Positions 1 through 9,856 of a stretch of DNA of 64,000 bases are shown in pieces. The stretch is from Planctomycetota bacterium. GTDB lineage: Bacteria; Planctomycetota; MHYJ01; WSZJ01. Position 1 is the stretch's first letter; each line of letters starts with the position of its first letter. Both the position numbers and the translations under genes were made by a program. Where the stretch lies: assembly GCA_038060895.1 (NCBI GenBank), contig JBBTCT010000036.1, forward strand, positions 39,168-103,167, in the 5' to 3' direction. The notes beneath the pieces were generated by a model that was not told where the DNA came from, searched no databases, and saw nothing but the letters and a program-made list of their open reading frames with translations.

Positions 1-1007
1 AATTCCGGCCGAAGCGCAAACCTCAGTTTTCCTACGACATCGTCGCAGACCGGATCGAGGGAGGCCCGGGCTCCCTGGCTTCCAAGGGCAAGCCCGTCGT
101 GATCAACTTCTGGGCGCCCTGGTGCGCCGGTTGCGTCGAGGAACTCCCGGAACTGGCGAGAATCGCTTCCGCGAACGCCGGTGAATTCCAGTTCGTCGGC
201 GTCAGCGTCGAAACCGGAAAGAAGGAAGATGTCCTGAAGGCCATCGCGGATTTCGGGCTGAAATATCCCCAGTTCTACGCGAACGAAGCTCTTCTCCGGA
301 GTTTCTTCGGGGACGCGGGAGACGCTGCCCTGCCTTCGACTTTCGTGCTGGATGCGCAGGGAAAACTCCGCCGTGTCTTCCGCAGAGCGCTGGGTTCCGG
401 TGAACTGGACGGGGTTCTCGACTCGTTGAAGCAGGAAGGAACACGTAAGGCGCTCTATTTCCGCCTCGCGGGCGAGAAGGTCGACGCCGGCAGGCCGGAT
501 GAAGCGATTCCCTATCTCGACAAGGCCCTGGAGATTTCACCCGACGACGCGGAAGCGTGGTTCCACAAAGGCGGCTGCCTGTTCCAGACCGGCAAGGTCG
601 AAGAGAGCGTGGTGGCTCTTCAGAAAGCGATCCAGTACGACCCCAGGCATTCGAAGGCGCTCTACAATCTCGGGGTTGCCATGGTCCGGCAGAAGCGGAC
701 GCGGGAAGGGATCGACCTTTACGAGCAGGCGCTGAAGCTTGAGGGGGAGAATGCCGGGATGCTGATCGCGCTGTCGGTGGCAGCGGCGGAGCTTGAGTTG
801 TGGCCGAAATCGAACGATGCGGCGGACCGCGCACTGAAGTCGAATGCGGAGTACGCACCCGCGTGGCTGCAGAAGGGGAAGCTGCTGATCGTGAACAAGG
901 ACTACAAGGCTGCGCGGGAGCACCTGAACAAGGCGCTGGCTTTAGACTCCGGCCTGGCGGAGGCGCGTCAGTACCTGTTCGAACTGGACCGGATGGGCGC
1001 GAAGTAG
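1..1007 (+). CDS. 5'-truncated C-terminal part (TlpA-like thioredoxin + TPR) of an FG-GAP/ASPIC-UnbV-thioredoxin-TPR paralog
   Basis: Frame is open from the window start (RPKRKPQFSYD...KPVVINFWAPWCAGC...LPSTFVLDAQG, then TPRs). Colinear with the C-termini of the three downstream paralogs. Confidence 0.85.
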   Translation, partial: FRPKRKPQFSYDIVADRIEGGPGSLASKGKPVVINFWAPWCAGCVEELPELARIASANAGEFQFVGVSVETGKKEDVLKAIADFGLKYPQFYANEALLRSFFGDAGDAALPSTFVLDAQGKLRRVFRRALGSGELDGVLDSLKQEGTRKALYFRLAGEKVDAGRPDEAIPYLDKALEISPDDAEAWFHKGGCLFQTGKVEESVVALQKAIQYDPRHSKALYNLGVAMVRQKRTREGIDLYEQALKLEGENAGMLIALSVAAAELELWPKSNDAADRALKSNAEYAPAWLQKGKLLIVNKDYKAAREHLNKALALDSGLAEARQYLFELDRMGAK

Positions 1008-1098
1008 ACTACGGGTCGGCGGCGGGAGAATTCCCCCGGCGAATCCGGTTTCCCGGTCGTCTAAAGCGGATGGTCGCTTCAGTGAGGAGCAGGTATCG

Positions 1099-1734
1099 AT
1101 GAAACCGATGTCGGCGGTCGGGCTGGCTTTGTCGGTGGTGGCTTGCGTGGCGATGGGATGGGCCTCTTCGAAGCTGTCCGCGCTGAGCGGCTCGATCCGG
1201 GCGCTGGACACGCGCGTGGCAGCACTGGAGGGCGGGGGAGGGGGGGAGGACCCGGGTCCGGCCAACGACGATTCCGGGCGATTGCGTGACGAGATGGTGA
1301 GGCTCCAGTCCGAACTGGCGGACATCCGGGAGTTCCAGAAGAAGCTGGGAGTTTCCGGGACCGGGGACGGCCCCACGCTGGCGGATCTCCGGAAAGCGCT
1401 CGAGGAGATCCTCCAGGAAAAGGAGCTGGCCGCGCGACGCTCGAGAGCGGAGAAGGATCTGGTGAAGGCCAGGGCCCACAATGCGGGGCTCCACAAGACG
1501 ATCGTGGCGCAGATGAAGATGTCGGAGGCGCAGGCGGCCCATCTGAAGGACATCCTGGATGCTCAGGTGGAAGCCTACCGGTCCCTGCTCATTGAACGGG
1601 CCCAGGATTTCGAGATGAAGGCCCGGGAACTGAACAAGGCGACCTCCGGGAAGATCAAGGAGATCCTGGTCGAGGAGCAGAAGCCGTACTGGGATCCTTC
1701 CAAGGTAAAGTGGTTCATCGACACACCCGACTAA
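1099..1734 (+). CDS. Hypothetical membrane-anchored coiled-coil protein
   Basis: GAGGAG RBS. N-terminal hydrophobic helix, coiled coil, and C-terminal MSEAQ...ILVEEQ helical motifs. Confidence 0.7.
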   Translation: MKPMSAVGLALSVVACVAMGWASSKLSALSGSIRALDTRVAALEGGGGGEDPGPANDDSGRLRDEMVRLQSELADIREFQKKLGVSGTGDGPTLADLRKALEEILQEKELAARRSRAEKDLVKARAHNAGLHKTIVAQMKMSEAQAAHLKDILDAQVEAYRSLLIERAQDFEMKARELNKATSGKIKEILVEEQKPYWDPSKVKWFIDTPD

Positions 1735-1746
1735 ACCCGTTCGGAG

Positions 1747-2445
1747 ATGACAGACATGGAGGACCGTGCGGGAGTCGGAGCCGTGGCGCTTGCGATCCTG
1801 GGGACGCTGGGCGCTGCGATTCTGCTGGTGCAGGCAGGCCGGGCGTCCGCCAGCGTGGATGCGCTGAATGCGCGGCTGGACAAGGTGCGCCCGGCCGGGC
1901 GCGCTGGAAAGGACGGGGCGATCCAGAAGGCCGAGGCCGCGCGTCTCGACGGCGAGCTCGCCGCCCTCAAGGCCGCTGCAGAGCAGGCTCGCCGGGCCGC
2001 TGAGGGCGGCGTGAGGATCACCGGCCCGGACGGAAAGCCGATGATTGCCGGCGCCGACCTGAAGGCCCTTGCGGCGAAGACGCATGCGGACTGGGAAGCG
2101 GAAACCCATCGCGCCTGGGCGGATCGGCAGGTGTCGAAGATGAAATCAGTCGCGGCCATGACGACCAAGAACCGTGCTGAGCAGCTCAAATTGTCCGCCG
2201 AGCAGCAGGAGAAGATGGCAGCCGCACTTAACGACATCCTGGTGCAGTGCCAGCCGATACTGCGGCTTGAATCCGTGCCGGACGACATTCCCGCCTGGAT
2301 TGACGGGCAACTCGCGGGCTTTGAGCAGAAGATGCGGGAGGTCATGACACCCGAGCAGTACAAGGCCTACTCGCGCCATCCCGTGAACATCATCGGCGGG
2401 CTTCTGTACGACGCGAAGATCCCGCGCCACGACCAGGGCGAGTAA
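1747..2445 (+). CDS. Hypothetical membrane-anchored coiled-coil protein with Spy/CpxP-like LSAEQ/MTPEQ motifs
   Basis: GGAG RBS. TM helix, LKLSAEQQEK and VMTPEQYKAY motifs. Same layout as the upstream gene. Confidence 0.7.
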   Translation: MTDMEDRAGVGAVALAILGTLGAAILLVQAGRASASVDALNARLDKVRPAGRAGKDGAIQKAEAARLDGELAALKAAAEQARRAAEGGVRITGPDGKPMIAGADLKALAAKTHADWEAETHRAWADRQVSKMKSVAAMTTKNRAEQLKLSAEQQEKMAAALNDILVQCQPILRLESVPDDIPAWIDGQLAGFEQKMREVMTPEQYKAYSRHPVNIIGGLLYDAKIPRHDQGE

Positions 2446-2463
2446 GGGCTCGCGTTCGGCGCG

Positions 2464-2967
2464 TCAGCGCGACAGGGTCCGCGTCATGCTGCGCCAGCTC
2501 TCCCATTCCTTGTTCGCGGTGTTGCCCCACTCCTTGGCCTTCTGCCAGTGGGCGTCCGTCACCAGCACGCTGTTGATCTGCCACATCAGGAACACGTTCG
2601 GGATCTGGCTGCTGGCCTCAACGCTGGCCTCCAGGCGGGGAAGCGCCTCCCGCTCCGTGGCAGTCACCTTTTCGTCGGCTTTCGACTTATTGATGTGCTC
2701 CTTGACAGCGGCGAGAAGCGCCGTGAATCCGACGTTGATCTGGTTCAGGGCCTCCACATTCTTCTTGTCCGTGAATTCCTTCTCGTGCTTCTTCCATTCG
2801 GCCTGCAAGTCGGAGTATGCCTTCTCAAGTTCGATGCCCTTCACCGAAAGCTTACCTTCCTTCCCCGGCTCATCACCTACGGATCCGGACATGGAGTACA
2901 TGCCCACGACGGCGCCGAAGGCGAGCAGGCCAAGGCCGAGGATGACGACCAGCGCCTTGATGTTCAT
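2464..2967 (-). CDS. Hypothetical protein with N-terminal signal/TM anchor
   Basis: ATG at 2967 (MNIKALVVILGLGLLAFG). TACAAT lies 8 nt upstream. Lys/Glu-rich helical body. Confidence 0.7.
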   Translation of the reverse strand: MNIKALVVILGLGLLAFGAVVGMYSMSGSVGDEPGKEGKLSVKGIELEKAYSDLQAEWKKHEKEFTDKKNVEALNQINVGFTALLAAVKEHINKSKADEKVTATEREALPRLEASVEASSQIPNVFLMWQINSVLVTDAHWQKAKEWGNTANKEWESWRSMTRTLSR

Positions 2968-3098
2968 GGCCGGGCATTGTAAGCGCGAGTCGCGAGGACG
3001 CAAGGCGGCAGTGGCGCGATTACGAGGGGCGTTGTCCGGCCGCGCACCCACGGCTATCATGACGTCTTCTCGGGGACGGACCTTACCGGAGTGATCTC

Positions 3099-6000
3099 GT
3101 GGCGGACGGCGGGTCGAACGGCCGGCGCTTCCTGGCGTTCGGGGGAGGCCTGTTGATCCTGGTGCTGGGCGCGATCGCGCTCGTGGCGCTTCTCAAATCG
3201 CCGCCCGCCGGGCCCGGGGAATTCGTCCCCCGCCCGGCCTCGTTCATCTCGGACATCGTGAAGTCCGAGGACGCCTACGACATCGTCAACCCGACCATCA
3301 AGGGGACATTCGTCAAGGGGCTGAAGGGGCGCGACTGGGGGATGGTGGCCTCGTCGCTGGCGCCGGACTTCAAGGCGCGGTGGCCGAAACCCGGCGACGG
3401 CAGGGAACTGCCCGATGGGGCCATCGCGCTTCGCGAGTACCGCGAGACGCAGTGGCCCGACGCGGACGCGGCGGCGTTCGTCCAGATCCTCAAGGAGCAC
3501 GTCGACGGCTGGTCAGCGGTGGAACGCACGACCTGGCGTCCCTTCGAATTCCTCATGGACATCGGCGGCCTCGCGGCCTTCGCGAGCATCCATTTCCAGG
3601 TCGCCGGCGTGCGCCCGGACGGGACGCGCGCGGACCTCGCGGGGCTCGTGCAGGCGCAATTCGTGTCGAAGGACGGGAAGGCGTGGCAGGTGAGGAGGCT
3701 GGAATGGGTGGAGGGGTGCCGCGGCGAAGCGCGGCACAAGCCATGGCGGGATGTGACGGAGGCGTGCGGGCTGACGTTCAACGAAGGCGAGGAAGTTCGC
3801 AAGCTGCGCGCGCAGCTCATCGACGACCGCGGCGTCGTGACGCTGGGTGGGCTGTCGGTCTGCGACTGGAATGGGGACGGGTTCTACGACGTGCTCGCGA
3901 CGCGCGCGGGGACCGAGTCGGCGCTTTTCATGAACGACGGAAAGGGCGGTTTCGTGCGTGCGGCGTCGCCGATGAAAGAGGGGCGCGAAGCGGGATTCAG
4001 TCCGCTCCTCCTCGATCTCGACGGCGACGGGAAGGATGAACTGCTGACCGGGCAAGTGCTTTCCTACGAGAACCAGACGGCGTACATCGGCGTCTACGTG
4101 CAGGAGAACGGAGGGTGGACGCTGCGCCCGAGGGCGCTGGCGGCGCCGCTGGCGAAGGGCACGCGCGCCGTGCTGGTGCAGGGCGTCGAGCCGATGGACG
4201 CGGACGGCAATGGGCTCATAGACCTGTTCTTCTGCAACTATTCCAGCACGGATTCACTCGGCAGGGACTTCAACCGCGTCGCGGCCTACGACGGGATGGA
4301 CAACTGGCTTTTCATGAATTACGGGAAGCTGGATCTTCGCGAAGAATCCGACGGGCGCGGGATCGCCGGGACGCAGTACACGTACGTCGCCAAGGCGTGG
4401 GATTTCGACGCGGACGGCGATTCCGACATCTTCGAGGGGAACGACTTCGGCCCGAACCACCTCTGGCTGAACGACGGGAAGGCGAATTTCGCGGAAGCGA
4501 AGGACCATATTTTCGGCGCCGACTCGAACTACACGATGGGCGTGTCCATGGCGGACTTCGACAACACGGGCGACTGGACGATGTACATCTCGAACATGTA
4601 CTCGCACGCCGGGAACCGCATCGTGCCGCTGTCGAAGGGGATCAGCCCGGAAATGAAGCGGCTCGGGATGATCCTCGCGCAGGGGAACCAGATGTACGAG
4701 CGCAGGGGCGGCGTGTGGAGCGAGACTGCGGTCGCTCGCGGCACGAACTGGGCGGACTGGGCGTGGTCGTGCCTCTTCTTCGACGCGGACAACGACACCG
4801 ACAAAGATCTCTTTGTCGCGAACGGTTTCACGACGAACACGGACCCGAAGGCCCCGGACTACTGAACGCACTTCTGGCGCCAGGTGGTCGCCGACGCGAA
4901 GGCCGTGGAGACAGGGGGGCGGACGTCGCTCACCAACGCGAACATCCAGCGCGACTTCCGCGGGTCTTGGAGCGGCTACGAACGCGACTGCCTCTTCCAG
5001 AATCCGGACGGACTGGCGCCGCGGTTCGTGAACTGCGGGTACCTTTACGGGCTGGACTTCGACGACGACGGGCGGTCGGCCTGCCCGGTGGACATCGACG
5101 GCGACGGGGACCTCGACATGGTGTGCCTGTCGCTTCAGGGCCTGCGTCTCATGGAAAACACGTCCCCGAAACGGCACTTTGCGCGCATCCGGCTTTCGGC
5201 CGGGCCGTCGCACGTTCTTCCGCTCAACGCACTCGTGAGGGTGACGGCCGGCGGAGTGACCCAGCAGGACACGCTGCGCATCACCGACGGATTCCTCTCC
5301 CAGGTCCCCGCCGACCTGCATTTCGGGCTCGGCAGCGCGGACAAGATCGACGCAGTCGAGATCACCTGGCCCGGAAGCGGTACGCCGGCGCGATTTTCGG
5401 CTCTTCCCGCAAACCGCCTGCTCGAATTCGTGCCCGGGGAAGCGGCCCCTCGCGTTTCGGAGCTTCGGGCCTGGCCGGCCGAAACGCGGCCGCGGCTGGC
5501 GCCCGAGTTTTCGTTCGCGATTGCGGCGAAGGGGCTCGATGGGAGCGAAGGGCCGCTGGCGGAGAAGGGAAAGCCGGCAGTTGTGAACTTCTGGTCGCCG
5601 ACGTGCGCGCCGTGCAAGGAGGAGCTTCCGCTTCTCGCGGCTGCGGCGGACCGGCTCGCGGGACAGGTCCGGTTCGCCGGCGTGAGCACGGAGATCGCCG
5701 ACGTCGCTTCGGTGACTCAAGCGGCCGCCGCGTTCAAGCTCAATTACCCGCAGTTTCTCGCGAACGACGCCCTCGTGCGCAGTTTCTTCGGCGCCGGCGG
5801 CGCGGTCATTACGCCCTCCACGTTCGTCTTCGACGCAGGCGGCCGCCTGCGGCGTGTCTTCCAGCGGACGATCGCGGCAGGCGAGCTGGAAGCCCTGCTC
5901 TCGACCTTGAGGGACGAGGGACTCTCGGCCTACGACCTCGAGCGCCGTGGGATGCGCTTCATGGACGTCGAGAACTACGAGCAGGCCGCCGCGTTCCTCA

Positions 6001-6473
6001 AGCAGGCCTCCGACCTGCGCGGTGACGACGCCATGCTTCTCTATAATCTCGGCGTCGCGTTACAGCGCCTGGGCCGGAAGGGGGAGTCGCACGCCGCGTT
6101 CCTGCGTTCCTTCGAGCTCGATCCCGGCTATGCGCCGGTCCATCACAATCTTGCGGAAGCCCTCCGGCTGGATTCCCGTTTCGAGGAGGCCGCGGTCCAT
6201 TACCTCGAGGCGATCCGGATTCGCGGCGATGAGTACGAGACCTGCTGGGGGCTCGGCGATTGCTGGTCGCGCCTCGGTCGGTCCCAGGAGGCGCTTCTTG
6301 CCTTCGACCGAGCGATCGCGATGGATTCCCGGCAGACCCGGGCGCTGAAGTCAAAGGCGCTGGAGCTGTCCAAGCTGGGAAAGCCGGGCGAAGCGGCGGC
6401 CATCCTGAGAAAGGTGCTGAGCCTGGCGCCGGGCGACAAGGAAGCCGCCCAGTGGCTGGAGCAGCTCCGGTGA
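3099..6473 (+). CDS. Putative selenoprotein: TM anchor + FG-GAP/VCBS propeller + in-frame UGA (4863-4865) + ASPIC/UnbV + TlpA thioredoxin (CAPC) + TPR, ~1124 aa
   Basis: ORFs 3099-4865 and 4884-6473 are in the same frame, separated only by TGA. DxDGDGxxD repeats, SNMYSHAGNR, SWSGYERD, LHFGLG and NFWSPTCAPC motifs. Hairpin at 4876-4892. Confidence 0.8.
4863..4893 (+). promoter_or_regulatory. In-frame UGA plus putative bacterial SECIS element
   Basis: TGA, 10 nt, then GGCGCC-AGGT-GGTCGCC hairpin. Confidence 0.7.
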
Positions 6474-9400
6474 GCGCGCATCCGGCTGTGGGCAGAACAG
6501 GAATGCTGGCCGCGGGAATCGCCGCGTTTCTGGTCACGGTCGGGATCGTCATCGTGATGAAGAGCGGGCAGGGCGCGGCCGCGGCGGCCCCCCTGGCGCG
6601 GCCCTCGAAGTACATAGTGGATGTGGAGCTCTCCGAGAGGACGTACGAAGTCGCAAACGCGTCTCTGAAGGGACGATTCGTGAAGGGACTGAAGGAGATG
6701 GACTGGGAGAAGGCGCGGGCGGGTTTGGCGACGGGGTTCCGGGGCAGGTTTCCGGCGCCGCTCGAGGGACGGGAAGTTGCGGACGGCTGGGTGGGTGTGC
6801 GCGATTACGCCGCAGCAGGCCTTCCCGAACTCGACGCTGACGCCTTTCTCGGCGTGTTGCGCGACCACCTCGCCGGATGGGCTGTCGTGGAGCGCACGAC
6901 CTGGCGGCCGTTCGAGTTCCTGCTCGACCCGGGACTCAAGTCCGCCTACATCAGCCTGCATTTCCAGGTCGCCGGACAGAAACCGGACGGCCTTCGTGCG
7001 GACCTGAGCGGCATCCTGAGCGGCCGGATCGCAAGCGCCGACGGGAAGGACTGGCACATCGAGCGCCTCGAGTGGGTGGAGGGAACGCGCCTCGATTCCT
7101 CCCGGCCGCCCTGGGTGGACATCACGGACGAAACCGGGCTTCACTTCAATGAGTCCGAATCCAACCTCAAGCTCCGCCGCTCGATGATCGACGACCGCGG
7201 GCTGACGACCTCGGGGTCGCTGGTCGTTTCCGACTGGAACCGCGACGGTTTTCCCGACGTGCTGGCCAGCGTTCAGACAGGCATCCTCGCCCTTTTCCTC
7301 AACGATGGCCGGGGCGGCTTCGTCCGCGGAAAGGCGCCGGAAGTTGCTCCCGACCACGTGGCCACCGCCTACGTGGCGCTGGACCTGGATGGGGACGGCA
7401 CGGACGAGCTTGTGAGCGGCCTGGTCCAGGTCGATCCCGGAGGGAAGGCGCGATTCCCGGTCTACATCCGCCGCGGAGAAGGCTGGGAAACGCGCTGGAT
7501 CCGCTTCGACGTCCCGGTCGGGCTGCACGCCGTGAGCGTCCAGGGAATCGTCCCGGATGACTTCGACCGTGACGGGGACCTCGATCTGTTCTTCTGCTGC
7601 TACTCGAATGGCGACTCGAAACACGTGGAATTCAACCGGGTCGTCGCCTATGACGGCGCGGACAACTACCTGTTCGTCAACCAGGGCGGATTCGCGTTCA
7701 CGGAGGAGTCCGACACACGAGGCCTCACGGGGACGCAGTACACCTACGTGGCAAAGTGGTGGGACTTCGATTTCGACGGCGATCTAGACCTGTTCGAGGG
7801 GAACGACTTCGGCCCGAACCACCTGTGGCTGAACGACGGCAAGGGGCGGTTTACGGACGCGAAGACGCACATTTTCGACGCGGACACGAACTACACGATG
7901 GGCGTCACGATCGCGGACTGGGAAAACGACGGGACCTGGGGAATGTATATCTCGAACATGTACAGCCATGCCGGGAATCGCGTCTTCCTGCTCGCCGACA
8001 ACATGGGGCCCGAGATGCGCCGGCTGGGGCTGCTGCTCGCGCAGGGGAACCAGTTTTACGAATGCGACCCGAAGAGCCGCGAGTGGCGGGAGACGGCGGT
8101 TTCGCGCCGCGTGAACTGGGCCGACTGGGCATGGGGCACTTTCTTCTTCGACGCCGACAACGATGGCGACCGAGACCTCTGGGTCACCAACGGCTTCACC
8201 ACGAACACCGACCCGAACGCCCCCGACTACTGAACTCACTTCTGGCGGCAGGTCGCCGCCGATGCCCGCGCCCTGGAAACCCGGCGTCGTCCGGAGCAGG
8301 ATGCCAGGGCCGACCAGAAATTCCGCGGCTCCTGGAGCGGCTACGAGCGGGATTTCCTCTTCTATAACACCGACGGCCCGTCCGCCACCCTCCCCAACGC
8401 CGCCTACCTCTGCGGCCTCGATTTTGACGACGACGGACGCGCCGCGGCGCCCGTCGATATCGACGGGGACGGGGACCTCGACCTCGTCGTCCTCTCGCTT
8501 CAGGGCCTGCGCGTCGTCGAAAACACCGCTCCCGGCCGGCGCTTTCTTCGGCTCCGACTCGAAGGCGCGAAAGGACAGGCCGACGCGCTCGGCGCGTTGG
8601 TAAAGGTCGTGGCGGGTGGAGTAACGCAGCAGGACTACGCGCGCCTGACCGACGGATTCGCGACGCAGGTGCCGTTCGACCTGCACTTCGGGCTGGGGGA
8701 AGCGAAGCTCGCCGACCGGGTGGTGGTGACGTGGCCCGGGGGGGAGACCCAGACGGCGCTCGACGTGCCGGCAGACCGGCTGGTCACGATCCGCCGCGGA
8801 AAGGACGGATTCGAAGCCCGCGAACTCCCGGGCTGGCCGGCCGGGTCGCGGCACGGGGTGCGGCCCGCGTTTTCGTTCGTCGAGGCCGCGACGAAGCTGG
8901 AAGGTGGTGCGGGACCGCTGGCGGCGAAGGGGCGTCCGGCGGTGTTCAATTTCTGGTCGCCTTCCTGCGCTCCCTGCAAGGAAGAGTTGCCGCGCCTGGC
9001 CGCGCTTGCCGCGCAGTACCGCGACGTCGCGCAGTTCGCAGGCGTCTGCGTCGAAACCACGGACCTCGAGGCCGTTCGCGCCGCAGCGAAGTGTTTCGAA
9101 ATCCCTTACCCGCTCTTCCTCGCCGATGAAGCCCTGCTCAAGTCCTTCTTCGGTACCGGAGGCGACGTGCCTCTCCCTTCCACTTTCGTGTTCGACGGCA
9201 ACGGCGACCTCCGAAGGATCTTTCGCCGCGAGGTCGGGCAGGAAGAGCTGGGCCTGCTTCTCGCCTCCTTCAGCGACGAAGGAACCGGCGCAGCCGAGCT
9301 GGACCGGCGCGGCGCCCGGGCTCACCACCTGGGGAACGATCCCGAGGCCCTCGAGTGGCTGAAGAAAGCGCTGGCCGTGGATCCCGACTCCATGCTCGCG

Positions 9401-9856
9401 ACATACCACATGGGGCTCGTGCTTCTGGGACTGGGGCGCCCCGAAGAGGGGATCGCCCACCTGCGTCGCGCCGCCGAACTGGACCCGGAGTACTGGAACG
9501 CTTGGTACAACCTCGGCGCGGCACTTCACAACAGGCGCGACTTCAAGGGTGCCGCCGAAGCCTACCGGAACGCACACAAACTCCGCCCGACCGACATCGT
9601 CATCCTCCTGAGTTTCGGCAATTCGGCGGGAAAGTCCGGCCAGGCCGCGCTCGCCTTCGAGTGCTTCGACCGCGCCGTAGCTCTTCAGCCCGGGAACGCG
9701 ACGGCGTGGGGGATGAAGGGCGAGTACCATTTCGTCGTCGGGCAGATTCCCGCGGCGAAGGCGTGTTTTGCGAAAGCGCTCGCGATTGATCCGAATGAGC
9801 CGAATTCGCGTGCGTACGGCAAAGAGATCGAGAATATTGAAAGGGGAAGAAAGTGA
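6470..9856 (+). CDS. Putative selenoprotein paralog 2 (FG-GAP + UGA 8231-8233 + ASPIC/UnbV + thioredoxin + TPR), ~1128 aa
   Basis: GTG start overlaps the upstream stop (GTGA). Frame continues after TGA with THFWRQVAAD...SWSGYERD. No ATG/GTG/TTG for 121 codons after the TGA. NFWSPSCAPC motif. Confidence 0.8.
8231..8261 (+). promoter_or_regulatory. In-frame UGA plus putative SECIS
   Basis: TGA, 10 nt, then GGCGGC-AGGTC-GCCGCC perfect hairpin. Confidence 0.75.

Noticed and set aside
6471-6473. Readthrough of the terminal TGAs at 6473 and 9856 fusing the paralogs
   Set aside because: The next paralog starts in a different frame via a GTGA overlap, and no SECIS-like CAGGT hairpin follows.
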